64,000 bases of DNA from the NCBI GenBank assembly GCA_964016885.1, contig OZ024741.1:396862001-396926000 (forward strand), in the 5' to 3' direction. A program made the position numbers and the translations under genes. This document shows, in pieces, positions 1 to 13,200 of the stretch. Below the pieces are notes generated by a model that was given only the letters and a program-made list of their open reading frames with translations, searched no databases and was not told where the DNA came from. This DNA is from Eledone cirrhosa (Eukaryota). The stretch's first letter is position 1; each line of letters opens with the position of its first letter.

Positions 1-800
1 ACAATGGACAGGGCTGGTCGTTTGGTGTAGTAGTATTAATTATAAAGTGTCAATTAAGGAAGAGGTAGATTTTCACTGCTACTGAATAACAACAATGCTG
101 GTAGCCTGCTGGTATATGCATTAGGGAATTAAATTAAGAAATCTCATTTTATCTATAGCAGTTTATATTAAATAGTAAAGAATAGAAGAGTTGATAGAAT
201 TAAGACCAATAGAGAATGTTAATATGTATTTTGACAATCAAACGGAGATGGAGACAGGCGTTCAATCCTGGTAGTGTTTGTAATATGAAAATGTAGATTT
301 TAAGCGATGGTTACAGTATAACGATCGCTCTATTGTAACCATCGCTTAATATCTAGTGTAACCAGCCCTGTCCATTGTTCAATTGGTCAAGTATAGATTA
401 AAATAAGCACTCCCAAAAATTCTTATTTAGATAAAATAAACCATATACTCATTGTATTCTCATTAGAAACCCTTTATATACTTGTTTACCAGTAAATTGA
501 ATTGCCATCTGTCATATACTATCCCCTCTCTTCTTCCTTTATTACAACTAATATAAATACTTCAATTTTTCTGATTTTTTCCAATTTATCCAATATCTCT
601 GAAGAAGTGACAACTGATTATACATTTGCTATCGAATACTTGCTAACATTATATGATTACGCAAGCAGCGATACATAGGTATTCCGTCTGTTACAGAAAC
701 ATATGTCAATACCTAATAAATTCCTTTTTAAAAAAAAGCACTTTCATTTTATATTCATCTTTTCTACATTTTCTCCGGAATATAATTTATACTCGTTGAG
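1..800 (+). mobile_element. PLE-type 3' end remnant with inverted segments and long-stem-II hammerhead-like motif
   Basis: 1-18 is the reverse complement of 361-378, and there is a hairpin at 294-355. CTGAAGA at 599 ... GAAAC-ATAT-GTC at 696-707, followed by AATAAA and (TA)n. Confidence 0.45.
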
Positions 801-886
801 CAAACCTACACGTACGCTGTTCATCTCTAACGTGACGATATATTATCACTACATTATTGATAACCTGAAATTTTTATAAATATATG

Positions 887-942
<56 letters not shown>

Positions 943-1208
943 AATATATAAATATATATATATATAAATATATTATAAAGAATTAATATCTAGTAACATA
1001 TATATACATACAGATGCATATCAATGCTAGCAAATATACAGGTTTTGTCTTAGTAACATTGTGGTTCAATGCATGACGACGGAATGTTTCTCTATATCTT
1101 CTTCGGAAAATATATTTACTCCATTCCAGAAACTAATTAGTTGGAAGTGATATTTTAGTAAGTAAGTTAATTTTATAATTTTCTTATTTTACGTCTCTCA
1201 TATATATA

Positions 1209-1320
<112 letters not shown>

Positions 1321-1354
1321 AATATATATAAATATATATATATATATAAATATA

Positions 1355-1921
1355 TATAGAGAAAATTGAGGTTGGTAATGGAACATGGAATATATAAGAG
1401 ACAGAATACTTTTTTGTGAAAAAACATATAATTTTATAAGGTAAGGAAAGAATAAAGGGTATAAAAAATGACCGGTTTCGATGGGTCTGCAAAAGCCATC
1501 TTTTCAAATGTTGATTAATATTAAGAAAAATTAATAATAAGAAGAGTTAAAATTTGAGATTTGAAAATTCAAGTATAAAATTCAGTGTGGGATTTCATAG
1601 TAGTTTTCATCTTGGTAGCATTCACTACCAGAAAGGGACACACAGCAGTCAACTTGCTGCTACCAAGTTGAAAACTACTATGAAATCCCACACTGAATTT
1701 TATACTTGAATTTTCAAATCTCAAATTTTAACTCTTCTTATTATTAATTTTTCTTAATATTAATCAATATTTGAAAAGATGGCTTTTGCAGACCCATCGA
1801 AACCGGTCATTTTTTATACCCTTTATTCTTTCCTTACCTTATAAAATTATGTTTTTTCACAAAAAAGTATTCTGTCTCTTATATATTCCATGTTCCATTA
1901 CCAACCTCAATTTTCTCTATA
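1355..1921. repeat. Long fold-back inverted repeat (arms ~265 bp) between (TA)n tracts, PLE-derived
   Basis: 1355-1620 is the near-perfect reverse complement of 1658-1921. Each arm carries a TTGAAAA-GATGG..CCATC-GAAAC-CG-GTC hammerhead-like motif. Confidence 0.92.
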
Positions 1922-1961
1922 ACCTTCGTTTTGTGTAGAAACTTACACTTTTCATAAATAT

Positions 1962-2012
<51 letters not shown>

Positions 2013-2091
2013 AATAAATATATATATATATATAAATATATTTATATATATAAATAAATATATATATATAAATAAATATATATATATAAAT

Positions 2092-2122
<31 letters not shown>

Positions 2123-2231
2123 AATATATATATATATAAATATATATATATATAAATATATATATATAAATATATATATATATAAATATATATATATATA
2201 AATATATATATATATAAATATAAATATAAAT

Positions 2232-2270
<39 letters not shown>

Positions 2271-2281
2271 AATATATAAAT

Positions 2282-2312
<31 letters not shown>

Positions 2313-2514
2313 CATATGTCCCAAGGCTCTTATTCCATCAACACTATAAACACAGAGCTGGCATATCTAAGAACTGACTAACTGCCTGATGAGATCATAG
2401 CCATTCAATGGCTATCATCGAAATAAAGGATTATGAGTTCATGCAATTGACTTATATTTCGTCACTATATATATATATAGGGCAATCATCTATTAAGAGT
2501 ATTTGCACAATTTC

Positions 2515-2650
<136 letters not shown>

Positions 2651-2700
2651 CGCTGACATACAGATAGTTGTAAATATACAGTGTGACAGTATACACTCAC

Positions 2701-2809
2701 TTGAGATTAAATGACCATTGGTTAAATCAATAGGTTTGTCGTTCACTGTCACGTTACATTGATATACTTCGATAGTTAAACCTTGGCTCACCAAATTTAA
2801 TATAACTTT
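2701..2809 (-). CDS. Coding exon 7 (VWD continuation); gene appears to continue left of the window
   Basis: Acceptor tatttttacag and donor gtgagt. Phase 0-1, KVILNLVSQGLTIEVYQCNVTVNDKPIDLTNGHLIS. It joins CKK of exon 6 to give the usual VWD C.K.V.I...V.VN pattern. Confidence 0.85.
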
Positions 2810-2856
2810 CTGTAAAAATATAAATTGTAAAAAGAATATTATCAATTTATACTTTT

Positions 2857-3167
2857 CTACATATATATCAATTTATACCATAAATGTTTTCTATATATAT
2901 ATATCAATTTATACCATATATGTTTTCTATATATATATATCAATTTATACCATATATGTTTTCTATATATATATATCAATTTATACCATATATGTTTTCT
3001 ATATATATATATCAATTTATACCATATATGTTTTCTATATATATATATCAATTTATACCATATATGTTTTCTATATATACATATATCAATTTATACCATA
3101 TATGTTTTCTATATATATATATATATCAATTTATACCATAAATGTTTTCTATACATATATATATCAA
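2857..3167. repeat. ~33-bp minisatellite
   Basis: Tandem unit ATATATATATCAATTTATACCATATATGTTTTCT, about 9 copies. Confidence 0.95.
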
Positions 3168-3169
3168 TG

Positions 3170-3450
3170 GGGTGGAGGAACGTGGCTTAGTGGTTAGCGT
3201 CTTCTGCTTACGGTGGTGAGGTCATGGCATTAAGAAATACACTTTATTTCATGTTGCTCCATCCCACTCTGCTGACAAAAGGGAGTTGTACCTGTAATGT
3301 GAAGGGGTCACCCTTGTCACACAGTGTCTTGCTGAATCTCCTGAAGAATTACTTTAAGGGTACACGTGTCTATGAAATGTCCAGCCACTTACACGTTAAT
3401 TTCAGTTTCACAACTGGAACACTCTTCGTTGAAACAGACGGAGGTCCCTT
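3170..3450 (+). mobile_element. Degenerate tRNA-derived SINE
   Basis: Head CGTGGCTTAGTGGTTAG resembles a pol III A-box. The body resembles common octopod SINEs (recognition from memory). Confidence 0.55.
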
Positions 3451-3649
3451 CCATATATCAATAGACAAGGCAATCAATCATTATTGAACATGCTTAAAGA
3501 AATATCTTAATGACGCTTGAATAAGAGAGAAGAAAAACAGGTATTTCAAACAAGCCAGATTGACACAGGAAAAACGCATGAATGCCAGACAAACTCTACT
3601 CCGATAAGATAAGATTTAGTATTAAAACACACCATCTTCTGCGTATGAT

Positions 3650-5460
3650 GGTTTATAATTTAGATACAATGCCAGCAATTCAGGGAAGTGGGCGAAAGTC
3701 GATTATAGTGACCACAGTACTTAGGCAAAATTGACCTCGACGGGATTTGAACTAAGAACGTAGAAAGTCGTTGCTACATGCCACAAAACATTTAGTCCGA
3801 CACTCTACCGATACAACCAATCCACCGCCATAGAATATAATAATTGGTTCTACTTCTGACAAAAGGCCCGCAATTTGAAGAGGAGAGGAAAGTCGATTAA
3901 CTTGACCCCAGTGCATTATTGGGGCTAAATTTTAAGGGAAAAGTCTAAATTAAAAGGCAAAAGTCACCTCAACAGTATTTGAACTCAGAACGTAGTAAGT
4001 CCTAACTAGATACCACAAATAATATTGTCGGCGCTCTACCGATACTGCTCCCACCCCCTAGCACATTAAATTAAAATGGTTTTTGATTTAGACACAAGGC
4101 CAACAATATGGGGGAGGGGAAAGTCGATTAAATCGACACCAGTGCGTTACTAGTACTTTATTTCATCGACCCCAGAAGGATGAAAGGCAAAATTGACCTC
4201 GGCGGGATTTGAACTCAGAAGGTAGAAAGTCGTAACTAAATGCCTGAAAATGTTTTGTCTGACGCTCTAGCGATACTGGTGAAGACACGTGGCCTAATGC
4301 TAAGGGTGTTGAACTTACGATCATGATGTCGTGGGTTCAATTTCTAGACTGGATTCTGGGTTGTGTTTTTTAGTAAAACACTTCATTTCCCGTTTCTTCA
4401 GTATACTCATCTTAAAATGAGTACCAGCAGTACGTAGGGGTTTAACCCTGCGATGGATTGGTGCCCTGTCCAGGGAGAGGGGGGGGGTATTGTACTCTCA
4501 GTCGCTTCACGCCACGGAGACCTGGGTAAGCACTGGCCTGATGACCCTCGGAGCTCGAGACAGATTTTAGACTTTATTGCCAATCCACCGCCCTAATTTA
4601 TGCACAAGGCCAGCAATTTTTGGAAAAAGGAAAGTCAATTAAATCGACCCCAGTACATTACTGGTACTTTATTTTATCGACCCCGTAAGGATGAAAGGCA
4701 AAGTTAACCTCGGCGGGATTTGAACTCAGAATAGCAAGGGCCGTAACTCCATGCATGGCGTCCGACCCTCTTACCGATACTGCCCGTCAATAATAATAAT
4801 GGTTTCTGATTTAGGCACAAGGCCAGCAATTTTCTGGGGTAGGGAAAAACGATTAAATCGAACCCAGTGAGGTGGAAAAGCTAACCTCGGCGGGATTTGA
4901 ACTCGGAGCTGAAAAAGCCGTAACTCTATGCCACAAAGCATGTTATACGACGCTCTACTGATACTGCCAATCCACCACCTTAATAATAATTATTTCTACT
5001 TTTGGCACAAGGCCAGAAATTATCCCAGTGCATTACTGGTACTTTATTGTATCGACCCCGTAAGGATGAAAGGCAAAGTTAACCTCGGCGGGATTTGAAC
5101 TCAGATCATAAAGGGCCGTAACTCTTTCCTGCAAAGCATGAGCTCCGACCCTCTACCGATACTGCCAATCTTAATAATAATTGTTTCTACTTTTGGTACA
5201 AGGTCTGCAATCCACCAGTGTATTACTGGTACTTTATTTTATCGATCCCGTAAGGATGAAAGGCAAAGTAAACCTTGGCGGGATTTGAACTCAGAATGGC
5301 AAGGGCCGTTTAATAATAATGATTTCTAGTATAGGCACAAGGCCAGTAATTTTGGGGAGGGGGGAAAGTGGATTAAATCGATCTCAGTACGTTACTGGTA
5401 CTTTATTTTATCGACCCCGTAAGGATGAAAGGCAAAGTTAACCTCGGCGGGAATAATAAT
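3650..5460 (-). mobile_element. Head-to-tail array of ~9 tRNA-derived SINE copies separated by (AAT)n
   Basis: Repeated GGCACAAGGCC...ACTGGTACTTTATTTTATCGACCCCGTAAGGATGAAAGGCAAAGTTAACCTCGGCGGGATTTGAACTCAG. The minus strand carries A-box TGGCAGTATCGGTAG and B-box GTTCAAATCC. Confidence 0.9.
4277..4576 (+). mobile_element. Second SINE family nested in the SINE array (V-SINE-like body)
   Basis: tRNA-like head (GTGGCCTAATG..GGTTCAATT) and AACCCTGCGATGGATTGG...GTCGCTTCA body. It interrupts a host SINE between GATACTG and CCAATCC. Confidence 0.65.
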
Positions 5461-5846
5461 ATTCAGAAACCTTGCAATGACATTTACTGTTGTTGTACCC
5501 CTGTGGCATCATTTGTATGACAATTGATTGTAAAATGTTGTCAAGTGTCAGGTTGATATTCGGCATAGTTTGGGAAAGGAGCAGAATTCAAAGGAAGTTT
5601 CAAAAGCATCTTAACTATAATAAAGGAAGGTCTGCGGGATTGCGTCCAGAATATATTTTTTTACCCTGTTTGTAAAATAAGTTGGATTATTTTGAATAAA
5701 TAATGAATGAATATTACATAATTTATATGCTAAATTGCGTGGCTGTTGATTAAATATATTTTATGGCTTAATCTTTAAAATTCACTTCTTTAAAATTATC
5801 AAATGTCAACACTTCCGGTTAGCGGCCGTTATATTATAACACTTAT

Positions 5847-6070
5847 AGGGCGGTGGATTGGCAGTATCGGTAGAGGGTCGGACGCCATGCTTTGCAGCAT
5901 AGAGTTACGGCTCTTTATGATCTGAGCTCGAATCCCGCCGAGGTTAACTTTGCCTTTCATCCTTATGGGATCGATAAAATAAAGTACCAGTCACGCACTG
6001 GGGTCGATTTAATCGACTTTTCCCTCCCCCCAAATTACTGGCCTTGTGCCTATATAAGAAACCGTTATAT
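5847..6070 (+). mobile_element. Full-length tRNA-derived SINE (same family as array)
   Basis: AGGGCGGTGGATTGGCAGTATCGG... to GGCCTTGTGCC tail, flanked by a duplicated TTATATTATAACACTTATA (target-site-duplication-like). Confidence 0.88.
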
Positions 6071-6084
6071 TATAACACTTATAA

Positions 6085-6332
6085 TCGCATATATTTCCGT
6101 CGCTAATTTTCTCCTAATGCAGTTTATATATAATGTCATCTTTTTTTAAATATATCATGGATTACTGATTACAGAAGACAGTGTAACATAGACTTTGTCA
6201 ATTTCTGTGTATATTGTCAATTACGATTTTATTTGATGTATCATATTTACATGCATATATACTTGTGTATAATATCAATATACACACTACACATACTAGC
6301 AGAAAACCACTCGTAGGGTGGTTTTCTGCTAG
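6085..6332 (+). mobile_element. Non-autonomous Helitron-like 3' part (reverse copy at 57409-57660)
   Basis: Ends in the hairpin CTAGCAGAAAACCAC-loop-GTGGTTTTCTGCTAG with terminal CTAG. About 250 bp match to 57409-57660 on the opposite strand. Confidence 0.6.
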
Positions 6333-6365
6333 TACTAATAAAGCACAAAAACAACAAACTCTTAC

Positions 6366-6583
6366 CTTTTTACAAGTGGCGAAGGTGTTACAATTGTAAG
6401 ATTCGATTTCTATAAACCATTCTCTTCCTTTACTAGCTAAGGTATATTTACATGTTCCACCAAAGTCGTAGCATGTTCCATCAAATGTTCTGTAGCTGTA
6501 TATACCACTGACACGGCAAGTAGCGAAGCCAACGTTCATTATCTTCTTAGGTAATTTGTTCAATGATCCTCCAGTGTAGGTGA
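6366..6583 (-). CDS. Coding exon 6 (start of von Willebrand factor type D domain)
   Basis: Acceptor tttttaacatttcag and donor gtaaga. Phase 1-0, containing ATCRVSGIYSYRTFDGTCYDFGGTCKYTL, the VWD signature C..G..HY.TFDG..Y.F.G.C.Y.L. Confidence 0.93.
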
Positions 6584-7052
6584 CTGAAATGTTAAAAAGG
6601 GAGTTTATTTATAACATTTATATATAAATTTGAGTGACTTCCGTCCGTCACACAATATGTGTGTGTGTGCTTGCGTGAATGTATGCGTGCGTAAAAGGAA
6701 GGAAGGGGTGGTGAAAAAACTATAGCAAAACATTGGTTGGCGTTCCATTTGCTACGCTGTGTATGAGTGCATGTGTAAATGCATGTATGTGTGTGTTTAT
6801 GTGAATGTATGCGTATTTGTGTGAATGTGTCTGTGAGTGTGTATTTTTTGTGTCTGTGTTTGCGCGTTTTTATTTATATACTCATAATATAAATGTATGG
6901 ATATGCACATACACACACGCATACACATATACACATACATATATACAAGCACACATATATACATATACACACACATATATATATACACACACACATATAC
7001 ACATACACGACAGCGTGTTGAAAATAATCTCAGTTTATTAAAAGTGGAAGGT

Positions 7053-8480
7053 AGTGAGTTGGTGGTGCGTCGTTAGGAAGTCATAACATTGGTGGTGCGT
7101 CGTTAGAACGTCAGGACGTTGGCGGTGTGTCGTTAGAACGTCAGAACGTTGGCGGTGCGTCGTTAGAACGTCAGAACGTTGGTGGTGCGTCGTCAGAACG
7201 TCAGAACGTTGGTGGTGCGTCATTAGAACGTCAAAACGTTGGTGGTGTGTCGTTAGAACGTCAGAACGTTGGTGGTGTGTCGTTAGAACGTCAGAACGTT
7301 GGTGGTGCGTCGTTAAAACGTCTGAACGTTCGTGGTGCGTCATTAGAAGGTCAGAACGTTGGTGGTGCGTCGTTAGAACGTCAGAACATTGGTGGTGTGT
7401 CGTTAGAACGTCAGAACGTTGGTGGTGCGTCATTAGAACGTCAGAATGTTGGTGGTGCGTCGTTAGAACGTCAGACGTTGGTGGTGCCTCGTTAGAACGT
7501 CAGAATGTTGGTGGTGCGTCATTAGAACGTCAGAATATTGGTGCTGCGTCATTAGAACGTCAGAATGTTGGTGGTGCGTCGTTAGAACGTCAGAACGTTG
7601 GTGGTGCGTCGTTAGAACGTCAGAATGTTGGTGGTGCGTCGTTAGAACGTCAGAACGTTGGTGGTCTGTCGTTAGAACGTCAGAACGTTGGTGGTCTGTC
7701 GTTAGAACGTCAGAACGTTGGCGGTGTGTCGTTAGAATGTCAGAATGTTGGTGGTGCGTCGTTATAACGTCAGAACGTTGGTGGCGTGTCGTTAGAACGT
7801 CAGAACGTTGGTGGTGTGTCGTTAGAATGTCAGAACTTTGGTGGTGTGTCGTTAGAACGTCAGAACGTTGGTGATGTGTCGTTAGAACGTCAGAACTTTG
7901 GTGGTGTGTCGTTAGAACTTTAGAACGTTGGTGGTGCGTCGTTAGAACGTCAGAACGTTGGTGGTACCTCATTAGAACGTCAGAATATTGGTGGTGCGTC
8001 GTCAGAACGTTGGTGGTCTGTCGTTAGAACGTCAGAATGTTGGTGGTGCGTCATTAGAACGTCACAATGTTGGTGGTGCGTCATTAGAACGTCAGAATGT
8101 TGGTGGTGCGTCGTCAGAACGTTGGTGGTCTGTCGTTAGAACGTCAGAATGTTGGTGGTGCGTCATTAGAACCGCAGAATGTTGGTGGTGCGTCGCTAGA
8201 ACGTCAGAACGTTGGTGGCGTGTCGTTAGAACGTCAGAACGTTGGTGGTGTGTCGTTAGAGCGTCAGAACGTTGGTGGTGTGTCGTCAGAATGTCAGAAC
8301 GTTGGTGGTGTGTCGTTAGAACGTTATAACGTTGGTGGTGTGTCGTTAGGAAGTCATAAAGTTGGTGGTGTGTCGTTAGAACGTCAGAACGTTGGTGGTG
8401 TGTCGTTAAGAAGTCATAACGTTGGTGGTGTGTCGTCGTGTCGTTAGAACGTCAGAACGTTGGTGGCGTGCCGTTAGGAC
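7053..8480. repeat. 30-bp minisatellite (~47 copies)
   Basis: Unit GTTGGTGGTGCGTCGTTAGAACGTCAGAAC, contiguous with no unique spacers. Confidence 0.97.
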
Positions 8481-8610
8481 CTCAGATAGAATGCGATGTT
8501 TCTGCTATCTGTGCTAATTTCAAATCTCACCAAAATCAAGCAAAATAGCTCCTCTGTATCCGTGAAATATTTGGTAAATGGAATAATTGTCTTGTGTTGT
8601 TTATTACATA

Positions 8611-8697
<87 letters not shown>

Positions 8698-8698
<1 letters not shown>

Positions 8699-9557
8699 GA
8701 GGTATGTCAGAAAAGTTCCAAACTTCACACTAAGTGTTTTCTCCTTCAAAGTAATCCCCTTGGAGTATGTAACTGTAATCTTAGCTCTCTGCAGCGATCA
8801 AACTTATTTCTTCATAATTTTATATACATGTCCTCTGTTTCAGGTCGTCATGCAATGAGCACAGAGCAACGAACAAACTAGAAAACTCCGTTAGAAGCAC
8901 TGGGATTGCTGCAGCAAGTGTATGGAGATGAAACGATGTCACGCCCACGTGTTTTTGAGTGGTGCAAGAGGTTTAAAGAAGGACGCGAGGACGTGGAAGA
9001 TGACCCCAGGAGCGGAAGGCCCTCAACAACCAGGACTGAGGTCAACGTTGAGCGCATCAGGCAGATGGTGCGTAGCGATCGTCGGCTGACTGTTCGACTG
9101 ATGGCAAATGAGCTGGGCATGAATCGGGACAGCGTCTGGAAGATTCTCACTGAAGATTTGGACATGCGGAAAGTCTGCGCGAAGATGGTGCCAAAACTGC
9201 TGAACGATGACCAGAAGGGTCGACGCATGCAAGTGTGCCAGGACATCCTCGAGCGTCTTGAAACCTAACCAGACTTGCTAGGGACAGTCATCACCGGTGA
9301 TGAGTCATGGATCTTCGAGTACGACCCGGAGGGGACCCGTTTTGAAGACGTGGACGACATCAAAAAGGCCGTGACGATGGAACTGCGGAGGATCCCGGAA
9401 GAATCCTTCCAGGAGTGCATGCAAGCGTGGCAAAAAAGGATGGAAAGGGGCATTAGACTCCTGGGGATTACTTTGAAGGAGAAAACTCTTAGTGTGAAGT
9501 TTGGGTTTGAAATAAATCTTTTGTGACATCAGTCCTGGATGTTTTCTGACCTACCTC

Positions 9558-9558
<1 letters not shown>
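8698..9558 (+). mobile_element. Internally deleted mariner (Tc1/mariner) transposon in (TA)n
   Basis: TIRs CGAGGTATGTCAGAAAAG / TTTTCTGACCTACCTCG with TA flanks. HTH region YGDETMSRPRVFEWCKRFKEGREDVEDDPRSGRP, KMVPKLL and VITGDESW. In-frame stop at 9266, and the catalytic core is deleted. Confidence 0.93.
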
Positions 9559-9592
<34 letters not shown>

Positions 9593-9613
9593 ACAATATT
9601 TTCATGTACTTAC

Positions 9614-9787
9614 AATTTTCAGCTAGGGGACATATTTCGCAAGAATCAACCGAACCCCAACTTTTTCCACTGTTCCTCTTTCCGAAACAACAATCCTTTA
9701 CTGTCATTAAAGTATCTTCCATGTTTGGCGGGTTTTCTCCATAACATTTCTTCGCCCTAAAGCAGTACTTTAGTCCACTGGTCATAT
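9614..9787 (-). CDS. Coding exon 5 (TB/8-Cys-like, fibrillin/LTBP-type module)
   Basis: Acceptor tttttacttcgttccatag and donor gtaagt. Phase 1-1, MTSGLKYCFRAKKCYGENPPNMEDTLMTVKDCCFGKRNSGKSWGSVDSCEICPLAEN. The CC...GxSWG..C..CP pattern resembles TB/hybrid domains. Confidence 0.85.
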
Positions 9788-10029
9788 CTATGGAACGAAG
9801 TAAAAACATTAAAAATACTTCATGAAAGTAAATTAATTCTGCACAGTAAATTTCCTATTGTTTCATCTATTAAATTTTTTTTTTAAAGGGATATACATTT
9901 TTATTATACAGAGCATATAAATAAATTTACAGTAGAATAACATAAGAAATATGTTTTAAATATATACATAAATAATATTACAAATGCTTAGATAAAATTA
10001 TAAATTGCTCGCGATTCTTTCTGATTTAC

Positions 10030-10225
10030 GCACATGGCTAACAATTTCGGGAGAGGCGAAAGTAGACTAAGTCGACACCAGTGTATTACTGATACTTCAT
10101 TTTATCGATTCCGTAAGGATGAAAGACAAAGCTAACCTCGGCAGGATTTGAACTCAGAATGTAAAGGTACGTCACTATGTGCCCAAAAGCATGTTGTCCG
10201 ATGCTCTAACATTTACTGCCAATGA
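10030..10225 (-). mobile_element. tRNA-derived SINE copy
   Basis: Same motifs as the 3650-5460 family. Confidence 0.8.
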
Positions 10226-10239
10226 AGTGCCCATCTTTC

Positions 10240-13200
10240 CTCACTTGTTACAGCACTGACTCTGTTACAGACCTCACTCTGTTACATCACTGAGTGTGTT
10301 ACACCACTGACTCTGTTACACCACTGAATCTGTTACACCACTGAGTGCGTTACACCACTATATCTATATACACCACTGATTCTGTTACACCACTATTCTG
10401 TTACACCACTGACTCTATTACAATCCTGACTCTGTTACAGCACTATTCTGTTACACCACTGACTCTGTTACACCCCTGATTCTGTTACACCACTATTCTG
10501 TTACACCACTGATTCTGTTACACAACTGACTCTGTTACACCACTATTCTGTTACACCACTGACGCTGTTACACCACTATTCTGTTACACCACTGACTCTG
10601 TTACACCACTATTCTGTTACACCACTATTCTGTTACACCACTGATACTGTTACACCACGGATTCTGTTACACCACTGACTCTGTGACGCCACTGACTCTG
10701 ATACACCACTATTCTGATACACCACTATTCTGTAACACCACTAATTCTGTTACACAACTGTCTCTGTAACACCACTGACTCTGTTACACCACTATATCTG
10801 TTACAACACTGACTGTTACACCACTGACTGTGTTACACCACTGATTCTGTTACACCACTATTCTATTACACACTATTTTGTTACACCACTATTCTATTAC
10901 ACACTATTTTGTTACACCACTATTCTGTTACACCACTGATTCTTTTACACCACTATTATGTTACACCACTATTCTGTTACACCACTGACTCTGTTACACC
11001 ACTGACACTGTTACACCCCTGACTCTGTTACCCCACTATTCTGTTACACCACTGACTCTGTTCCATCACTATTCTATTACACCACTATTCTGTTACACCA
11101 CTGACTCTGTTACACCACTGACGCTGTTACATCACTATTCTGTTACACCCCTATTCTGTTACACTCCTATTCTGTTACAGCACTGACTCTGTTACACTCT
11201 TGACTCTGTTACACCACTGATTCTGTTACACCACTGATTCTGTTACACCACTATTCTGTTACACCACTGACTCTGTTACACCACTGATTCTGTTACACAC
11301 CTGACTCTGCTACACAACTATTCTGTTACACCAATGACTCTGTTACACCCCTGACTCTGTTACACCATTAATCTGTTACAACACTGTGTGTGTTACGCCA
11401 CTGACTCTGTTACACCATTGACTCTGTTACACCGCTAGTCTGTTACACCTGTGACACTGCTGAACCACTATTCTTTTACACCCCTATTCTGTTAAACCTC
11501 TGAATCTGTTACACCACTGACTCTGTTACACCACTATTCTCTTAAACCACTGACTCTGTTACACCCCTGACTCTGTGACAACACTATGCTGTTACACCAA
11601 TGCCTCTGTTACACCACTGACTCTGTTACAACACTATATGTGTTACACCACTGACTGTTACACCACTATTCTGTTACACGATTGATTCTGTTACACCACT
11701 AATCTGTTAAACCACAGACTCTGTTACACCCCTGACGCTGTTACACCACTGACTATTACACCACTGACTTTATTACATAACTATTCTTTTAAACCACTAT
11801 TCTGTTACACCCTTGACTCTGTTAAACCACTGACTCTGTTACACCACTGATTCTGTTACACCACTATTCTGTCACACCACTGACACTGTTACACCACTAA
11901 CTCTGTTACACCACTAATCTGCTACACCACTGACTCTGTTACACCCTTGACTCTGTTATCACTATTCTGTTACACCACTATTCTGTTACAGCACTAACTC
12001 TGTTACACCCTTGACTCTGTTACACCACTGAGTCTGTTACACCACTATTCTGTTACATCACTGACACTGTTACACCCCTGACTCTGTTACACCATTAATC
12101 TGTTACAACACTGTGTGTGTTACACCACTGACTCTGTTACACCACTATTCTGTTACACCACTGACTCTGTTACACCACTATTCTCTTACACCACTGACTC
12201 TGTTAAACCCCTGACTCTGTTACAATACTATTCTGTTATACCAATGACTCTGTCACACCACTGACTCTGTTACAACACTATATCTGTTACACCACTGACT
12301 GTTACACCACTGACTCTGTAACACCACTGATTCTGTTACACCACTATTCTGTCACACCACTAACACTGTTACACCACTAACTCTGTTACACCACTAATCT
12401 GCTACACCACTGACTCTGTTACACCTCTGACTCTGTTATCACTATTCTGTTACACCACTATTCTGTTAAACCCCTATTCTGTTACAGCACTGACTCTGTT
12501 ACACCCTTGACTCTGTTACAACACTGACTCTGTTACACCACTGATTCTGTTACACCACTATTCTGTTACATCAGTGACACTGTTACACCCCTGACTCTGT
12601 TGCACCATTAATCTGTTACAAAACTGTGTGTGTTACACCACTGACTCTGTTACACCATTGACTCTGTTACACCAATATTCTGTTACACCACTGACTCTGT
12701 TGCACGACTATTCTTTTACACCCCTATTCTGTTAAACCACTGAATCGGTTACACCACTGTCTCTGTTACACCACTGACTGTGTTACACCACTATTCTGTC
12801 ACACCACTGACACTATTACACCACTAACTCTGTTACACAACTAATCTGCTACACCACTGACTCTGTTACACCCCTGACTGTGTTACACCATTATTCTGTT
12901 ACATCAATGACTCTGTTACACCACTGATTCTGTTACACCCCTGACTGTTACACCACTATTCTGTTACACCATTGACTCTGTTACACAGCTTAATCTGTTA
13001 CACCACTGACTCTGTTACACCACTTACTCTGTTACACCCGTGACTCTGTTACAACACTCTGTTAAACCATTGATACTGTTACACCCCTGACACTGTTACA
13101 CCACTGACTGTTACACCACTGACTCTATTACATCACTATTCTTTTACACCACTATTCTGTTACACCCTATTCTGTTAGATCACTAACTCTGTTACACCAG

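Noticed and set aside
2386-2435. Hammerhead at CTGATGA-GAT..ATC-GAAA
   Set aside because: Core and stem II are present, but stems I and III cannot be drawn convincingly. Probably decayed, so not listed as a feature.
5847-5945. tRNA genes
   Set aside because: The A/B boxes belong to SINE heads with an expanded spacer and a SINE body, and there is no cloverleaf.
7038-8480. 30-bp repeat as a CRISPR array or repetitive protein (TTHHQRSDVL)n
   Set aside because: No unique spacers or cas genes. 1-bp and 9-bp indels shift frames, it is intronic, and there are no convincing splice sites.
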